A DNA stretch of 64,000 bases from assembly GCA_963835575.1 (NCBI GenBank), contig CAWIGG010000002.1, positions 992,001 to 1,056,000 of the forward strand, read 5' to 3'. Positions 21,464-31,237 of the stretch are shown here, one piece after another. The position numbers and the translations under genes are program-made. A model generated the notes under the pieces. That model ran no database searches. It was given only the letters and a program-made list of their open reading frames with translations, and was not told the origin of the DNA. Each line of letters opens with the position of its first letter. The first letter of the stretch is position 1. Source of the DNA: an uncultured Spirochaetota bacterium (GTDB taxonomy: Bacteria > Spirochaetota > Brevinematia > Brevinematales > JAOACQ01).

Positions 21464-21847
21464 ACATGTCCGTCGGCGATAAATATTGGCAGAGAGTAAA
21501 CTTTTCTGGACGCTGATATATAATCATTTTCTTTTTTATCTATGATAAAAGCACGCTTTAGCTGCGAGGGCTTGTTTTGCATCCGCTCCAGGCCACACAC
21601 GCGGAACTCACACACTCATTGTAAGTATTTTATAAAAGAATCAATCAATAAATCTGTCTTGATTCCAGAATTGCCGACAATGGGTGTGTTCAAACATTCC
21701 GTGCGTTCAAGCTGGCCTGTCGCGGGCAAAACTACGCCCTCTACGCCAATGCTTTTAAATTTCAAATCCTAAATTATCTGAGTGACGCATCCAGAAAAGT
21801 TTACTCTCTGCCACCAGCAGGAAGCGAACGCCGGCGGACGGAAATGT
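21464..21847. ncRNA. Candidate long rod-shaped structured RNA (unknown family)
   Basis: Seven or more nested helices, including a perfect 24-bp stem 21487-21510/21790-21813; no credible ORF. Confidence 0.45.
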
Positions 21848-22006
21848 AAAAAATAATAATAAATAAAAAGGAAATTAATAATAAAAATAACGGGCATCAT
21901 GTTTTACAGAACTATATGTCCGGTCTGCTCCGATAAAGAAGAGGACCCGGCGGGACGAAAACGAAGAAAAAAAATAAATAATAAATTAAAAAAAAATACA
22001 GAAAAC

Positions 22007-22035
22007 GTGATATATATACGATAATTAATTATAAT
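22007..22035 (+). promoter_or_regulatory. Putative sigma70 promoter with upstream A-tracts
   Basis: GTGATA-17 bp-TATAAT preceded by long A-tracts. Confidence 0.5.
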
Positions 22036-22059
22036 ACTAAAAACAGGAAGGAGTAAATC

Positions 22060-22209
22060 ATGTTTAACAGTAAAGCTGTAAGTAAGAAACCGGCGGCGAA
22101 AGTTTCAAAAGCCGTAGCCGGCAAAAAAGTTTCCAAACCCAAAGCCAAGGTTGTTAAGAAACCGGCAGCGAAAAAACCGGCGGCTAAAAAAACCGCAAAA
22201 AAGAAATAA
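22060..22209 (+). CDS. Histone H1-like Lys/Ala/Pro-rich small basic protein (49 aa; absent from the ORF track)
   Basis: AAGGAG RBS; MFNSKAVSKKPAAKVSKAVAGKKVSKPKAKVVKKPAAKKPAAKKTAKKK; 19 Lys and no acidic residues; own terminator. Confidence 0.85.
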   Translation: MFNSKAVSKKPAAKVSKAVAGKKVSKPKAKVVKKPAAKKPAAKKTAKKK

Positions 22210-22241
22210 TTAATATTTAAGAAACGTAATTTTGTTCATCC

Positions 22242-22278
22242 GGCACCCTGGGTCTCAAGACTCAGGGTGTTTGCTTTT
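22242..22278 (+). terminator. Intrinsic terminator
   Basis: GCACCCTGGGTC-TCAA-GACTCAGGGTGT followed by TTGCTTTT. Confidence 0.7.
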
Positions 22279-22287
22279 GACGAGCAA

Positions 22288-22364
22288 TGTCGGGGGTTTA
22301 CGATATTTCTTTCTTTTCGAAAATAAAGAAATATCGTAAACCCCCGGCAGCCTGTAGGAAAAAA
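22288..22364. repeat. Long hairpin whose right arm recurs at 23635-23667
   Basis: CGGGGGTTTACGATATTTCTTT / AAAGAAATATCGTAAACCCCCG. Confidence 0.7.
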
Positions 22365-22516
22365 TCCCCATACATTCATTAAAAAAGAAGGGCAAAATGG
22401 TCCGTCAAAAACATGTTTAATTTCATGTTCCTGAAAATAACATGGCAGGGATCAGGGCGTTAATTTGTTAATCTATCGACAAATTGCTATAATATTAAGA
22501 CAGGAAGTAAGAATTT

Positions 22517-23014
22517 ATGAAAAAAACTAAAATCTATCTGGACACATCGGTTATCAACTTTCTTTTTGACGATGACGCTCCGGAAAAGAAGGATATTACT
22601 ATACATTTTTTTGATAAATATGTCCTTAATCACGTTTATGAAGTTTACATATCTCCGGTAGTAATAGATGCAATTTAGCGGACAAAAGATGATTCTGTCA
22701 GAAAGCTTTTAATGGACCAGATAAAAAAATATAATCTGACAATAATCGATATTGCGGTTGAAAGAAATAACATTGACGAATTGGCGGAATTATATATTGA
22801 AGAAAAAGTTATTCCCAGAAAGAAACTGGATGACGCGCTTCATATAGCTGTATCGACCGTGTTTGAAATGGATGTTCTTCTTTCCTGGAATTATAAACAT
22901 CTTGCGAATATCAATCGTGAGCGTAAGATTCTTGCGGTGAATTTTAATCAAGGGTATAATCAATTACTACGTATATGTACACCATTGGAGGTTATGGATG
23001 AAAAAGATGATTGA
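22517..23014 (+). pseudogene. PIN-domain (VapC-like) toxin with an in-frame amber stop
   Basis: MKKTKIYLDTSVI..; TAG at 22676-22678; the same frame continues to DALHIAVS..LLSWNYKHLAN..ICTPLEV. Confidence 0.85.
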
Positions 23015-23165
23015 CTCTAAAGCTATGCTGGAAGTCTGGAAATGGAAGGAAGAAGCGGCAAATGAAGTCAAAGACCTGCCGCTTAAGAAAGCTCTTCTCA
23101 AGCGGCTGCATGATTCGGAATCGGTAAGTAATAAGCTTGGTTTGAAATCTGTCCGTATAAAGTGA
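22998..23165 (+). CDS. Small protein, putative antitoxin partner (55 aa; absent from the ORF track)
   Basis: GGAGG RBS, overlaps the PIN gene end; MKKMIDSKAMLEVWKWKEEAANEVKDLPLK.. Confidence 0.65.
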   Translation: MKKMIDSKAMLEVWKWKEEAANEVKDLPLKKALLKRLHDSESVSNKLGLKSVRIK

Positions 23166-23785
23166 ATTGTGCTGATTCAGGATAATAATAAACTTTGATT
23201 AACATATTAAAATTATGATAATAGAAGAAACCGCGGATGGGTATTTGACAGCACAGACAAGAATTTCTGTGATACCGCTGGTACAGCCGGAAAAGCCTGT
23301 CGGTAATTCCTGTATTAAAAAGGAATATTTAATCATAAATGAATAGAATATTATCCATAAAAAAAGCAATGCAAAATATCCGTTCCCGAGGCCATTTTCC
23401 CCTGGCCATAATCTGCACATCAAATATCTCAATATAAAGTCGTGTCATCCGCTATTATAATAGAAGAGAGGATGTACATGTTTTTGACAGGATGTCAAAA
23501 CCGCCGCATAAAGCTATGGACAGCGTAATAAGGCGGCTATTATATTAATGAATTGATTGTTAAAAGCCGGATAACACACATACAAACAATCCGACTACTT
23601 CAAATGAAAATGGCCTCGACCTGTTTTCTTTCTTTATCGTAAACCCCCGACAGCCTGTCGGAAAAAAAAGCCGTTATCCAATTACTATGAAATAGAAGAA
23701 TAAAATTATACAAAGAGCCTCTTCTATATTATAATTATACATCTTGATTAAAAAAATTTGTTATTTTATTTTAGGAGCAGTATAA

Positions 23786-25021
23786 ATGGAAAAGAAAAAA
23801 ATAAAAATGGATAAAAATGTCATTTTGACCGGGTTCACATCCTTTTTTACCGATATTTCTTCGGAAATGGTCTATCCCTTACTGCAGGGCTTTGTGGCTG
23901 TTGTCTTGAAAACGCAGGCCGTATTCCTGGGCCCGGTTCTCGGTATTATAGAAGGGATAGCCGAATCAACCGCCAGCCTCCTGAAGGTGTTTTCAGGTTA
24001 TTTTTCCGATAAGATGCAGAAAAGGAAACTCCCGGCAATAGCCGGTTATACACTGTCTTCTTTTGCCAAGCTACTGTATTTTATTCCATCCTGGTTTTCC
24101 ATTCTCATGGCGCGTTTTTTTGACAGGGTCGGCAAGGGGATCAGGACGGCCCCCCGCGACGCTCTGATTTCGGAATCAACGCCCAAAGAGATCAGGGGCA
24201 GGGCTTTCGGATTACAGCGGGCCATGGATTTCGCGGGGGCTTTTATAGGAACGCTCCTCTGTTATATCATTATTAAATATATTTTCCCAAGTGTTGATAA
24301 GATGGACAATGTGAAGGATTTCTTTCCGATTTTCGCCGTTTCGATAGTTCCGGCGTTTATCGGGGTCATCTTTCTCTTTTTTGTTGCGGAAAAGAAAAAA
24401 CAGGGCCCGGATAAATCGCAAAATGAAAAGCCCAGGCCCAACCTGGATATCAGGAAATATGACAAAAATCTGCAGGTGCTGTTCCTGGTGCAGTTCATAT
24501 TTACTCTGGGTAATTCTTCAAATCAGTTCCTTCTGTTGAGAAGCGTCAACCTCGGTTTTGTCCTTTCCACCGTTCTGATCATGTATATTATCTTCAATCT
24601 GTCTTCCACGCTGCTGTCTTCTGTTTTCGGCACGCTATCCGATAAAATTGGAAGAAAAAATGTATTGGTCATGGGATATACGATTTATGCCATAGTCTAT
24701 ATCGCTTTCGGCTTTATCAGCAAGGAAACGGCTTTCCTTCTCTGGATATTCTGGCCGGTTTACGGTATTTATTACGCCATGTCCGAAGGAGTTGAAAAGG
24801 CCTTTGTCTCGGATATATCGCCCGGTGAGTCCAGGGCGACGGCGCTCGGTTTTTACAATACGATCCTGGGCATCGGGCTCCTGCCGGCCAGCGTCATCGC
24901 GGGATTTTTATATCAATGGCATCCGGCATATCCTTATATATTCGGCGGGATCATGGCTTTCATAGCCGTGTTTGTTTTGTTCTTTTTTGTAAAAGAAAAA
25001 CAACCTGCCGGTTCAAAATAA
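23786..25021 (+). CDS. MFS transporter
   Basis: About 12 TM segments; DISSEMVYP, SGYFSDK..KRK, DRVGKGIRTAPRDALI. Confidence 0.93.
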   Translation: MEKKKIKMDKNVILTGFTSFFTDISSEMVYPLLQGFVAVVLKTQAVFLGPVLGIIEGIAESTASLLKVFSGYFSDKMQKRKLPAIAGYTLSSFAKLLYFIPSWFSILMARFFDRVGKGIRTAPRDALISESTPKEIRGRAFGLQRAMDFAGAFIGTLLCYIIIKYIFPSVDKMDNVKDFFPIFAVSIVPAFIGVIFLFFVAEKKKQGPDKSQNEKPRPNLDIRKYDKNLQVLFLVQFIFTLGNSSNQFLLLRSVNLGFVLSTVLIMYIIFNLSSTLLSSVFGTLSDKIGRKNVLVMGYTIYAIVYIAFGFISKETAFLLWIFWPVYGIYYAMSEGVEKAFVSDISPGESRATALGFYNTILGIGLLPASVIAGFLYQWHPAYPYIFGGIMAFIAVFVLFFFVKEKQPAGSK

Positions 25022-25109
25022 GTGATAGATTGGCAAATTCAGTAATAATTATTCTCAAAAAATTTCGTGAAACCTTTGGTAAAATAGATATATGAAAAGT
25101 CAAAGTTTC

Positions 25110-25271
25110 ACCACGAAGAACTCGAAGAGCACGAAGAAAAGAAATGGTTTAGTAAAAATATTTTATTGATTTTATATTTTCTTTTACCGAAATAAAGAAC
25201 CTAAACATTAATAAAACAAGAAATTTTATCAATAATTAATAAAACTTCGTGTTCTTCGTGAACTTCGTGGT
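25110..25271. repeat. Intergenic element with short tandem-repeat inverted termini
   Basis: ACCACGAAGAACTCGAAGAGCACGAAG ... CTTCGTGTTCTTCGTGAACTTCGTGGT. Confidence 0.6.
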
Positions 25272-25460
25272 TAATAAAATAGTATTCACACATAAAGTCG
25301 AGCCTATTCGCTGCTGGTTTCTATAAATCCTGATCTATTGAGGTCTGCTCAATAATGAATATTGAAATTATCATCTTTTATTTAACATAACCTTTATTTT
25401 TTTTCCTCTGTTCTTTAAAATAAGCAGCATCAAAAGAAAATTAAGGAGAACAATCTTACA

Positions 25461-27617
25461 ATGGCTGAATTAAGGTGGAACCCTCTTTTAAGAACATGGA
25501 CTATGGTCTCAGTCGACAGGTCGGCGCGCCCGCAGATGCCCAAGGACTGGTGCCCATTCTGTCCGGGTTCCGGCAGGGTCCCGGATGAATATGACGTATT
25601 GAAGTATGATAATGATTATCCTGTATTAAGCCCCAATCCGATAAAAATTGAGGATATGGATTCCCATGTCTATAAAAAGGAAGAAGCGGAAGGAAAATGC
25701 GAGGTGATCCTTTACTCGCCGGACCACAAGAAGAGTTTATATCAGCTGTCTGTGGAGCATATCAAGAAGCTTGTCGACCTCTGGGCCGAGCGCGTGGAGG
25801 AAATTTCCAAGGACAGGAAGGTCCAGTATGTATTTCCCTTTGAGAATAAAGGGGAGGAAGTCGGCGTGACGATGCCGCATCCCCATGGCCAGATTTACGG
25901 CTATCCTTTCATTCCGTTGAAGATCAAAACCGAACTGGACAGCGCGAAGGAGCATTTTGAAAAAAGGAACAGGTGCCTGATCTGCGATATGAATGAAGAG
26001 GAAAGTAAGGAGAAAAAAAGGGTCATTTTTGAAAATAACGATTTTATCGCTTATGTCCCGTTTTTTACCGACTATCCTTACGGCGTATTTATTGTTTCCA
26101 AGCTCCATAAGGGCTCCATTACCGACCTTGATGAAAAGGAAAAAATGTCGCTCGCACAGATCATAAAGGTGATAACGGGGAGTTTTGATATGATCTTCAA
26201 CCGGCCCTTTCCCTACATGATGGCAATTCATCAGACGCCGGTCAATTCCAAGGAATATAAGGACAGCGAGAAATATTATCATTTTCATATCGAGTTTTAT
26301 ACGCCGCTTTTCGCGAAAGACAAGATCAAATACAACGCCTCTTCCGAAACAGGGGCATGGGCCGCCGCCAATGTCGTCAGCGTGGAAGAAACGGCAAAAC
26401 AGATGAGGACCGCGAAATTAAAATACCTTTCAAAGGGCTACAACACGTTTTTACGCAAGGAATTGATCCGGGAGTTTGTGGCCTTATACGGCGGCAAAGA
26501 GAGCGACGTTTATGTCTTCTCGGCGCCCGCGCGCGTTAACCTGATCGGGGAGCATATCGATAATCACGGAGGTTTTGTCCTTCCGGTGGCGCTGGATATG
26601 TATATTACAATGGCGATAAGAAAGCGGAAGGACGGGCGGGTCATATTCCGCGACCTGAATTTTCCTGAGACCGCTGAAGCGAGTATCTTTGAGGACGTCG
26701 TTAAGAATAAGGAAGTGCCCTGGGTCAATTATCTTCTGGGTGTGCTTAAAATAATTAAAGAAAAAGGGTACAAGATTGATGCCGGGTTTGAAGTGCTCTT
26801 TTTCAGCGAAATACCGAGCGGCGCGGGCGTTTCATCTTCGGCAGCCTTTGAGGTTGTTTTTGCTTACGGTCTTTCGGAGATATTCACGCTGGGGATCAGC
26901 AAAAAGAACCTGGCCATACTCTGCCAGAAAGCGGAAAATGACTTTGTCGGCGTGAAGTGCGGCATCATGGACCAGTTCAGCATCGCGATGGGCGAGAAGG
27001 GAAACGCGATCCTTCTCAACTGCGCCAATCTGAACCATAAATACATCTCCCTTTTTCTCGGGGATTACCTGATGGTCCTGACCAATACGAACAAGCAGAG
27101 AAAGCTGACGGAATCCAGGTATAACGAAAGGCTTGCAGAATGCGCTGAAGGCTTGAAGGACATTCAGAAAGTATTGAATATCGATAATCTCTGCAGTATC
27201 GATTCCGAGCAATTTAAAAAGGTCAAGGACGCGATCTCCAACCCGACTGTCAGAAAAAGGGTCCGGCATGTCGTGACAGAAAACGAAAGGGTCAAGCAGG
27301 CCGCGCAGGCCCTTGAAAAAGGCGAGCTGAAGGCCTTCGGCAAGCTGATGGAAAAATCGCACTCATCGCTCCGGGACGATTATGAAGTAACGGGGTTAGA
27401 GCTGGACACTCTCTTTGAAAAGGCCAGGAAATTCAACGGCTGCATCGGCACAAGGATGACCGGCGCCGGTTTCGGCGGCTGTACGATCAGCCTGGTTCAT
27501 AAGGACAAGATCGAGGAATTCAAGGAGGCCGTCGGCAGGGGCTACAAGGAAGAAACAGGCCTGACTCCGACTTTTTACATCTGCGAATCGGGCGAAGGCG
27601 TGAAGAGGATCGATTGA
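25461..27617 (+). CDS. galT: Fused galactose-1-phosphate uridylyltransferase (GalT) and galactokinase (GalK)
   Basis: N-terminal CPFCPG, FENKG and HPHGQ; C-terminal APARVNLIGEHID, P.GAGVSSSAA, CGIMDQ, RMTGAGFGG; single uninterrupted 718-aa frame. Confidence 0.92.
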   Translation: MAELRWNPLLRTWTMVSVDRSARPQMPKDWCPFCPGSGRVPDEYDVLKYDNDYPVLSPNPIKIEDMDSHVYKKEEAEGKCEVILYSPDHKKSLYQLSVEHIKKLVDLWAERVEEISKDRKVQYVFPFENKGEEVGVTMPHPHGQIYGYPFIPLKIKTELDSAKEHFEKRNRCLICDMNEEESKEKKRVIFENNDFIAYVPFFTDYPYGVFIVSKLHKGSITDLDEKEKMSLAQIIKVITGSFDMIFNRPFPYMMAIHQTPVNSKEYKDSEKYYHFHIEFYTPLFAKDKIKYNASSETGAWAAANVVSVEETAKQMRTAKLKYLSKGYNTFLRKELIREFVALYGGKESDVYVFSAPARVNLIGEHIDNHGGFVLPVALDMYITMAIRKRKDGRVIFRDLNFPETAEASIFEDVVKNKEVPWVNYLLGVLKIIKEKGYKIDAGFEVLFFSEIPSGAGVSSSAAFEVVFAYGLSEIFTLGISKKNLAILCQKAENDFVGVKCGIMDQFSIAMGEKGNAILLNCANLNHKYISLFLGDYLMVLTNTNKQRKLTESRYNERLAECAEGLKDIQKVLNIDNLCSIDSEQFKKVKDAISNPTVRKRVRHVVTENERVKQAAQALEKGELKAFGKLMEKSHSSLRDDYEVTGLELDTLFEKARKFNGCIGTRMTGAGFGGCTISLVHKDKIEEFKEAVGRGYKEETGLTPTFYICESGEGVKRID

Positions 27618-27695
27618 CAGATAAAATATTTGCTGTAATATCTTGCCGTCATTGCAGTAAATGATGGGCGATGTGCAAAGACGGAATACAAAAAG

Positions 27696-27842
27696 CGTCA
27701 TTGCGAGTGGATGGTTTTCTCCTTTGCCGAAAGCTGGCGTACGAAGCAATCTGTCTGCATATTAAGATTATTTAATGTGTTAACAGATTGCTTCACACTA
27801 ATGCCAGTGGCAGGAGAGATAATCCGGATGTTCGCAATGACG
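27696..27842. repeat. GTCATTGCGAG..CGAAGCAATC palindromic element, copy 1
   Basis: Outer IR CGTCATTGCGA/TCGCAATGACG; inner IR GAAGCAATCTGT/ACAGATTGCTTC. Confidence 0.8.
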
Positions 27843-27917
27843 GATTCTAATTATAGATAATCTTTGAAAGTGTTTTTTTAAAATATAATATTCCTGCCTA
27901 TTTTATAGGAGGTCCTT

Positions 27918-28463
27918 ATGATAAAAAAAATATCTGTTTACGCTCTTATTTTAACGGCCGTATTTTTCTGTTTCTCCTATCCTAAAGTAAAAAAAGGAGG
28001 CGCTATGGATTTAAAAATGACAAGTCCCGCTTTTGTTGAAGGCGGGATGATCCCCGCCAAGTATACCTGCGCCGGCGAGAACATATCCCCGGCCCTGGAA
28101 TGGTCGAATGTCCCCGTGAATGTGAAAAGCTTCGCCCTTATCTGCGACGATCCCGACGCCCCGGCGGGCACCTGGGTGCACTGGGTCATCTATAATATTC
28201 CCGCCTCTGTACAGAAGCTCGAGGCCGGCGTGCCGGATGAAAGGGAATTGACCAATGGCGCGAAGCAGGGCATGAACAGCTCCAGGCACATCGGCTACGA
28301 CGGCCCCTGTCCTCCCGGTGGAACGCACCGTTATTATTTCAAGCTCTATGCCCTCGACGCCCTGCTGGGCCTCGATGCCGGCGTGACAAAGGAAATGCTG
28401 TTGAAGGAAATGGAAAAGCATATCGCGGCCAAAGGCCAGCTGATGGGGAAATACTCGAGATAG
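27918..28463 (+). CDS. YbhB/YbcL (PEBP/RKIP-like) protein
   Basis: NISPALEW, DDPDAP, WVHW, GYDGPCPP, HRYYFKLYALD. Confidence 0.95.
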   Translation: MIKKISVYALILTAVFFCFSYPKVKKGGAMDLKMTSPAFVEGGMIPAKYTCAGENISPALEWSNVPVNVKSFALICDDPDAPAGTWVHWVIYNIPASVQKLEAGVPDERELTNGAKQGMNSSRHIGYDGPCPPGGTHRYYFKLYALDALLGLDAGVTKEMLLKEMEKHIAAKGQLMGKYSR

Positions 28464-28644
28464 GTAATATTGGTTTAAATAAATCGAAATCCAGGAACTT
28501 GGTAATCCGCTAATGCATGCGAATTGAGTTTAAGGGTAAATCCAGATCTATTAGCGTGTATTCGCGTGGCTTCGCGGAAGACTTTTTAAGCAATCCGCTA
28601 ATAAATGCGGAGTATCTTCGTGCCTTCCTGTGAATTGAATCCTG

Positions 28645-28836
28645 TTATTTCTCTTTCAGCGCCATCCGCGTCAATACTGTCCCGACAAAAACACCTTTGC
28701 CGATGCAGTACAATCCTATGCCGCTTGCCCAGGTGTCCGAGCCGGAGGCAAAACCGCATTTGACTATGATCCAGACGCCGCCTGTAACGCAGAAAAGAAA
28801 AGCCAGGATTGCCGCTATTATGGTGAAAATCTTCAT
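28645..28836 (-). CDS. Small two-TM membrane protein (63 aa)
   Basis: GGAGG RBS at 28847-28843 before ATG 28836; two hydrophobic segments. Confidence 0.6.
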   Translation of the reverse strand: MKIFTIIAAILAFLFCVTGGVWIIVKCGFASGSDTWASGIGLYCIGKGVFVGTVLTRMALKEK

Positions 28837-28910
28837 AATTTTCCTCCGCAACTTTTTCCTAAAACTCCCTTGTAATTTTACCGCACAAAGAACACCAAGA
28901 ACCACCAAAC

Positions 28911-29051
28911 GTCATTGCGAGTCATAGACCTGAACTTTGCCGCTATTCACAGTACGAAGCAATCTGTCTGCGCATAATGGTTCCTTGTTTATTAAACAGA
29001 TTGCTTCGTACGAATTATCGGCATTGTATATATAGATGTTCTCGCAATGAC
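28911..29051. repeat. GTCATTGCGAG palindromic element, copy 2, nested in a CACAAAGAACAC/GTGTTCTTTGTG element (28884-29122)
   Basis: Same outer and inner IRs as copies 1 and 3. Confidence 0.8.
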
Positions 29052-29144
29052 ATTTTTAACTTAAAAAAAGAGCACTAAGAATGCAGCTTGGTGAATCTTA
29101 GTGCCCTTGTGTGTTCTTTGTGGTTAGAAATATGTTTATTCTAA

Positions 29145-30907
29145 TTAATCAATTTTCGTTTCTTTACCCAGATCGAAATTGATGGATTTGTATCCCCTGT
29201 TCAGGGCGACAGTAATGGGCATCTGCTTTGCAACCGGCCCCCAGAGCTGTCTCGGGCCGGGGCTTGTGAAATGGTCTTTTTCGGCCCATGTGGCCCTTCT
29301 TCCGGCAAAATAATGGAACGCCGGGGAATCCATCTCGACAAGGCCTTTCTTGATCACCATCTCATTCTTGCCGTGCCTTTTTTCTATCGTCAGGAGCCCT
29401 GTCAGCGGAAGTGCGATGACCTTCCCGCCTTTGTCCAGATCGGTAATGGAGGCGATATAGCCCGTCATACCGTCCAGGACCAGCGAACCGGCCGCGAGGC
29501 CCAGGTTGAACGTATACGCCGCGTCAAAGAGCGTCGGCGCGCCGCAGCGGCCTTCGTAACCGAAGAAATGGCTGTTTGTCGCGAATTTTGAATCCGCGAA
29601 CTTTTTATACTCGGTTTCAGTCATGGCGAGGTGCCTGACCTCGTCCTGATGCCGCTTCATTTCCTTCAGCTTTTCCTCCGCCATCTGGATCAGGAGCCTT
29701 TCAGTCGGGATCTGGGAAACCTGAAGGTTGCCGTGCGAATCCCTTTCGAGCAGAAGCATCTTCTCGATTTCTTCGGGCAGGGAGGCCATCAGCTTGGTCG
29801 ACTCCGCCGTAAGCTTTTTGTAGAGAAATTCCTTTTTATCATGAAAATCGGTGATCTTATCCATATCCTCGCTGAATTTTCCCATCAGCTCGTTCAATTC
29901 GGCGATCAGCGCTTTTATTTCCGGAATGAACTCGATCAATCCTTCCGGGACGATGACGACTCCATGATTGATCCCTTTCGACGCCCTTTTCGCGATCACT
30001 TCGCAGATCTGATTGACGATCCCCAGAGAGACATATTCTTTGCCTCGACTTCCTCGGATATAAGCGTGACGGCCGGTTTTGTCTGAAGTGCGACTTCAAG
30101 CGCCACATGGCTTGCCGAGCGTCCCATCAGCTTGATAAAGTGCCAGTATTTATGGGACGAAGGAGTGTCCTGAAGAATATTGCCGACCATTTCGGCGTAG
30201 ATCTTTGTCGCCGTGTCGAACCCGAAGGAGATCGGCAGTATTTCACCGATCTGAAGGTCGCCGTCGATTGTCTTCGGAACGCCGATCACCTGCACATCGT
30301 CATCGTAAAGAAGTTCTGCCAGTATGGCCGCGTTGGTGTTGGAATCGTCGCCGCCGACCACCACAATGCCGTTTATTTTGTTGTCCCTGGCCGTCTTTTT
30401 GACGCCGGCGAACTGTTCGTCTGTTTTAATCTTGGTCCTGTCGGAGCCGAGGAAATCAAAACCGCCTGTATTGATGATATCCGGAATATCCTCATCCTTG
30501 ATCTCGAAAACAGTCCCTTCGATCAATCCTTTCGGCCCGTTCCTGACGCCGAGGAGGGTGTTATTTTTGCCGAGGACTTTTTTCAGTCCGGCTATGACAT
30601 TATGACCGCCGGCCGCCGGCCCGCCCGAAAAGAGGACGGCGACGCGCATGCCTTTAATATTGGAAGTACTGTTGAACCCTTCCAGGACTTTATTTTCCGT
30701 CTGGGTGACGGTTTTGGGGAACTCTTTATTGACATTTTCCACATCCGCTGTGCCGAGGACCCGGGATGTCTTTTTAAAAAAGGCCGGTGTGATCTGGCCG
30801 TTTTTTAAAAATATAGGGGAGACCATCGCCGGTATTTTCCGGATTTCCTGTTCGAACATGGAACGGTGGTCTTCCATATCTTTTAATTGCTGAATCAGTT
30901 CTGACAT
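29145..30907 (-). pseudogene. pfp: PPi-dependent phosphofructokinase (long clade) split by a -1 frameshift, probably an assembly error
   Basis: FSGGPAAGG, GGDDSNTN, PKTIDGD, MGRSASH in the 5' ORF; PEGL and FGYEGR in the 3' ORF; one extra base at the C4 run 30021-30024 joins them (SLWGIVNQICEVIAKR). Confidence 0.88.
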
Positions 30908-31128
30908 AACTTTTCCTCCCGAAATGACTGTTGTATTTTGAAGCGATATATTTTAAAAGCGGCAGGCAAAATTATCAAATAAAATCCTGGCTTTAATAAA
31001 TATTTATATCATTATTTTATAATTTGTCTAAATTAAAAGATTTGATTTATAATCTCTTGAATAAAAAGGAAGGGATTATGCCGCTTATAAGAGAATACCC
31101 GAAGGTGAAATTCCGGGGCCGGAAAAAG

Positions 31129-31190
31129 CCGTTAGCTGTCAGCTATTAGCAGCTAACAGCCAGAAGCTAAAAGCTAAAAGCTAAAAGCTG
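31129..31190. repeat. Heptamer tandem repeats (AAAGCTA-like) with inverted copies
   Basis: GTTAGCTGTCAGCTATTAGC then AGCTAAC AGCCAGA AGCTAAA AGCTAAA AGCTAAA AGCTG. Confidence 0.6.
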
Positions 31191-31237
31191 CCCTTGCCCT
31201 TGTGATAGTTCCAAAAATGATATAATATGGTAAGGCT

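Noticed and set aside
22676..22678. Amber readthrough or pyrrolysine recoding in the PIN gene
   Set aside because: A nearby catalytic-site substitution points to decay, other genes use TAG as stop, and no pyl genes are in the window.
23199..23432. 77-aa hydrophobic ORF
   Set aside because: No RBS or convincing start; at best an unidentifiable gene fragment.
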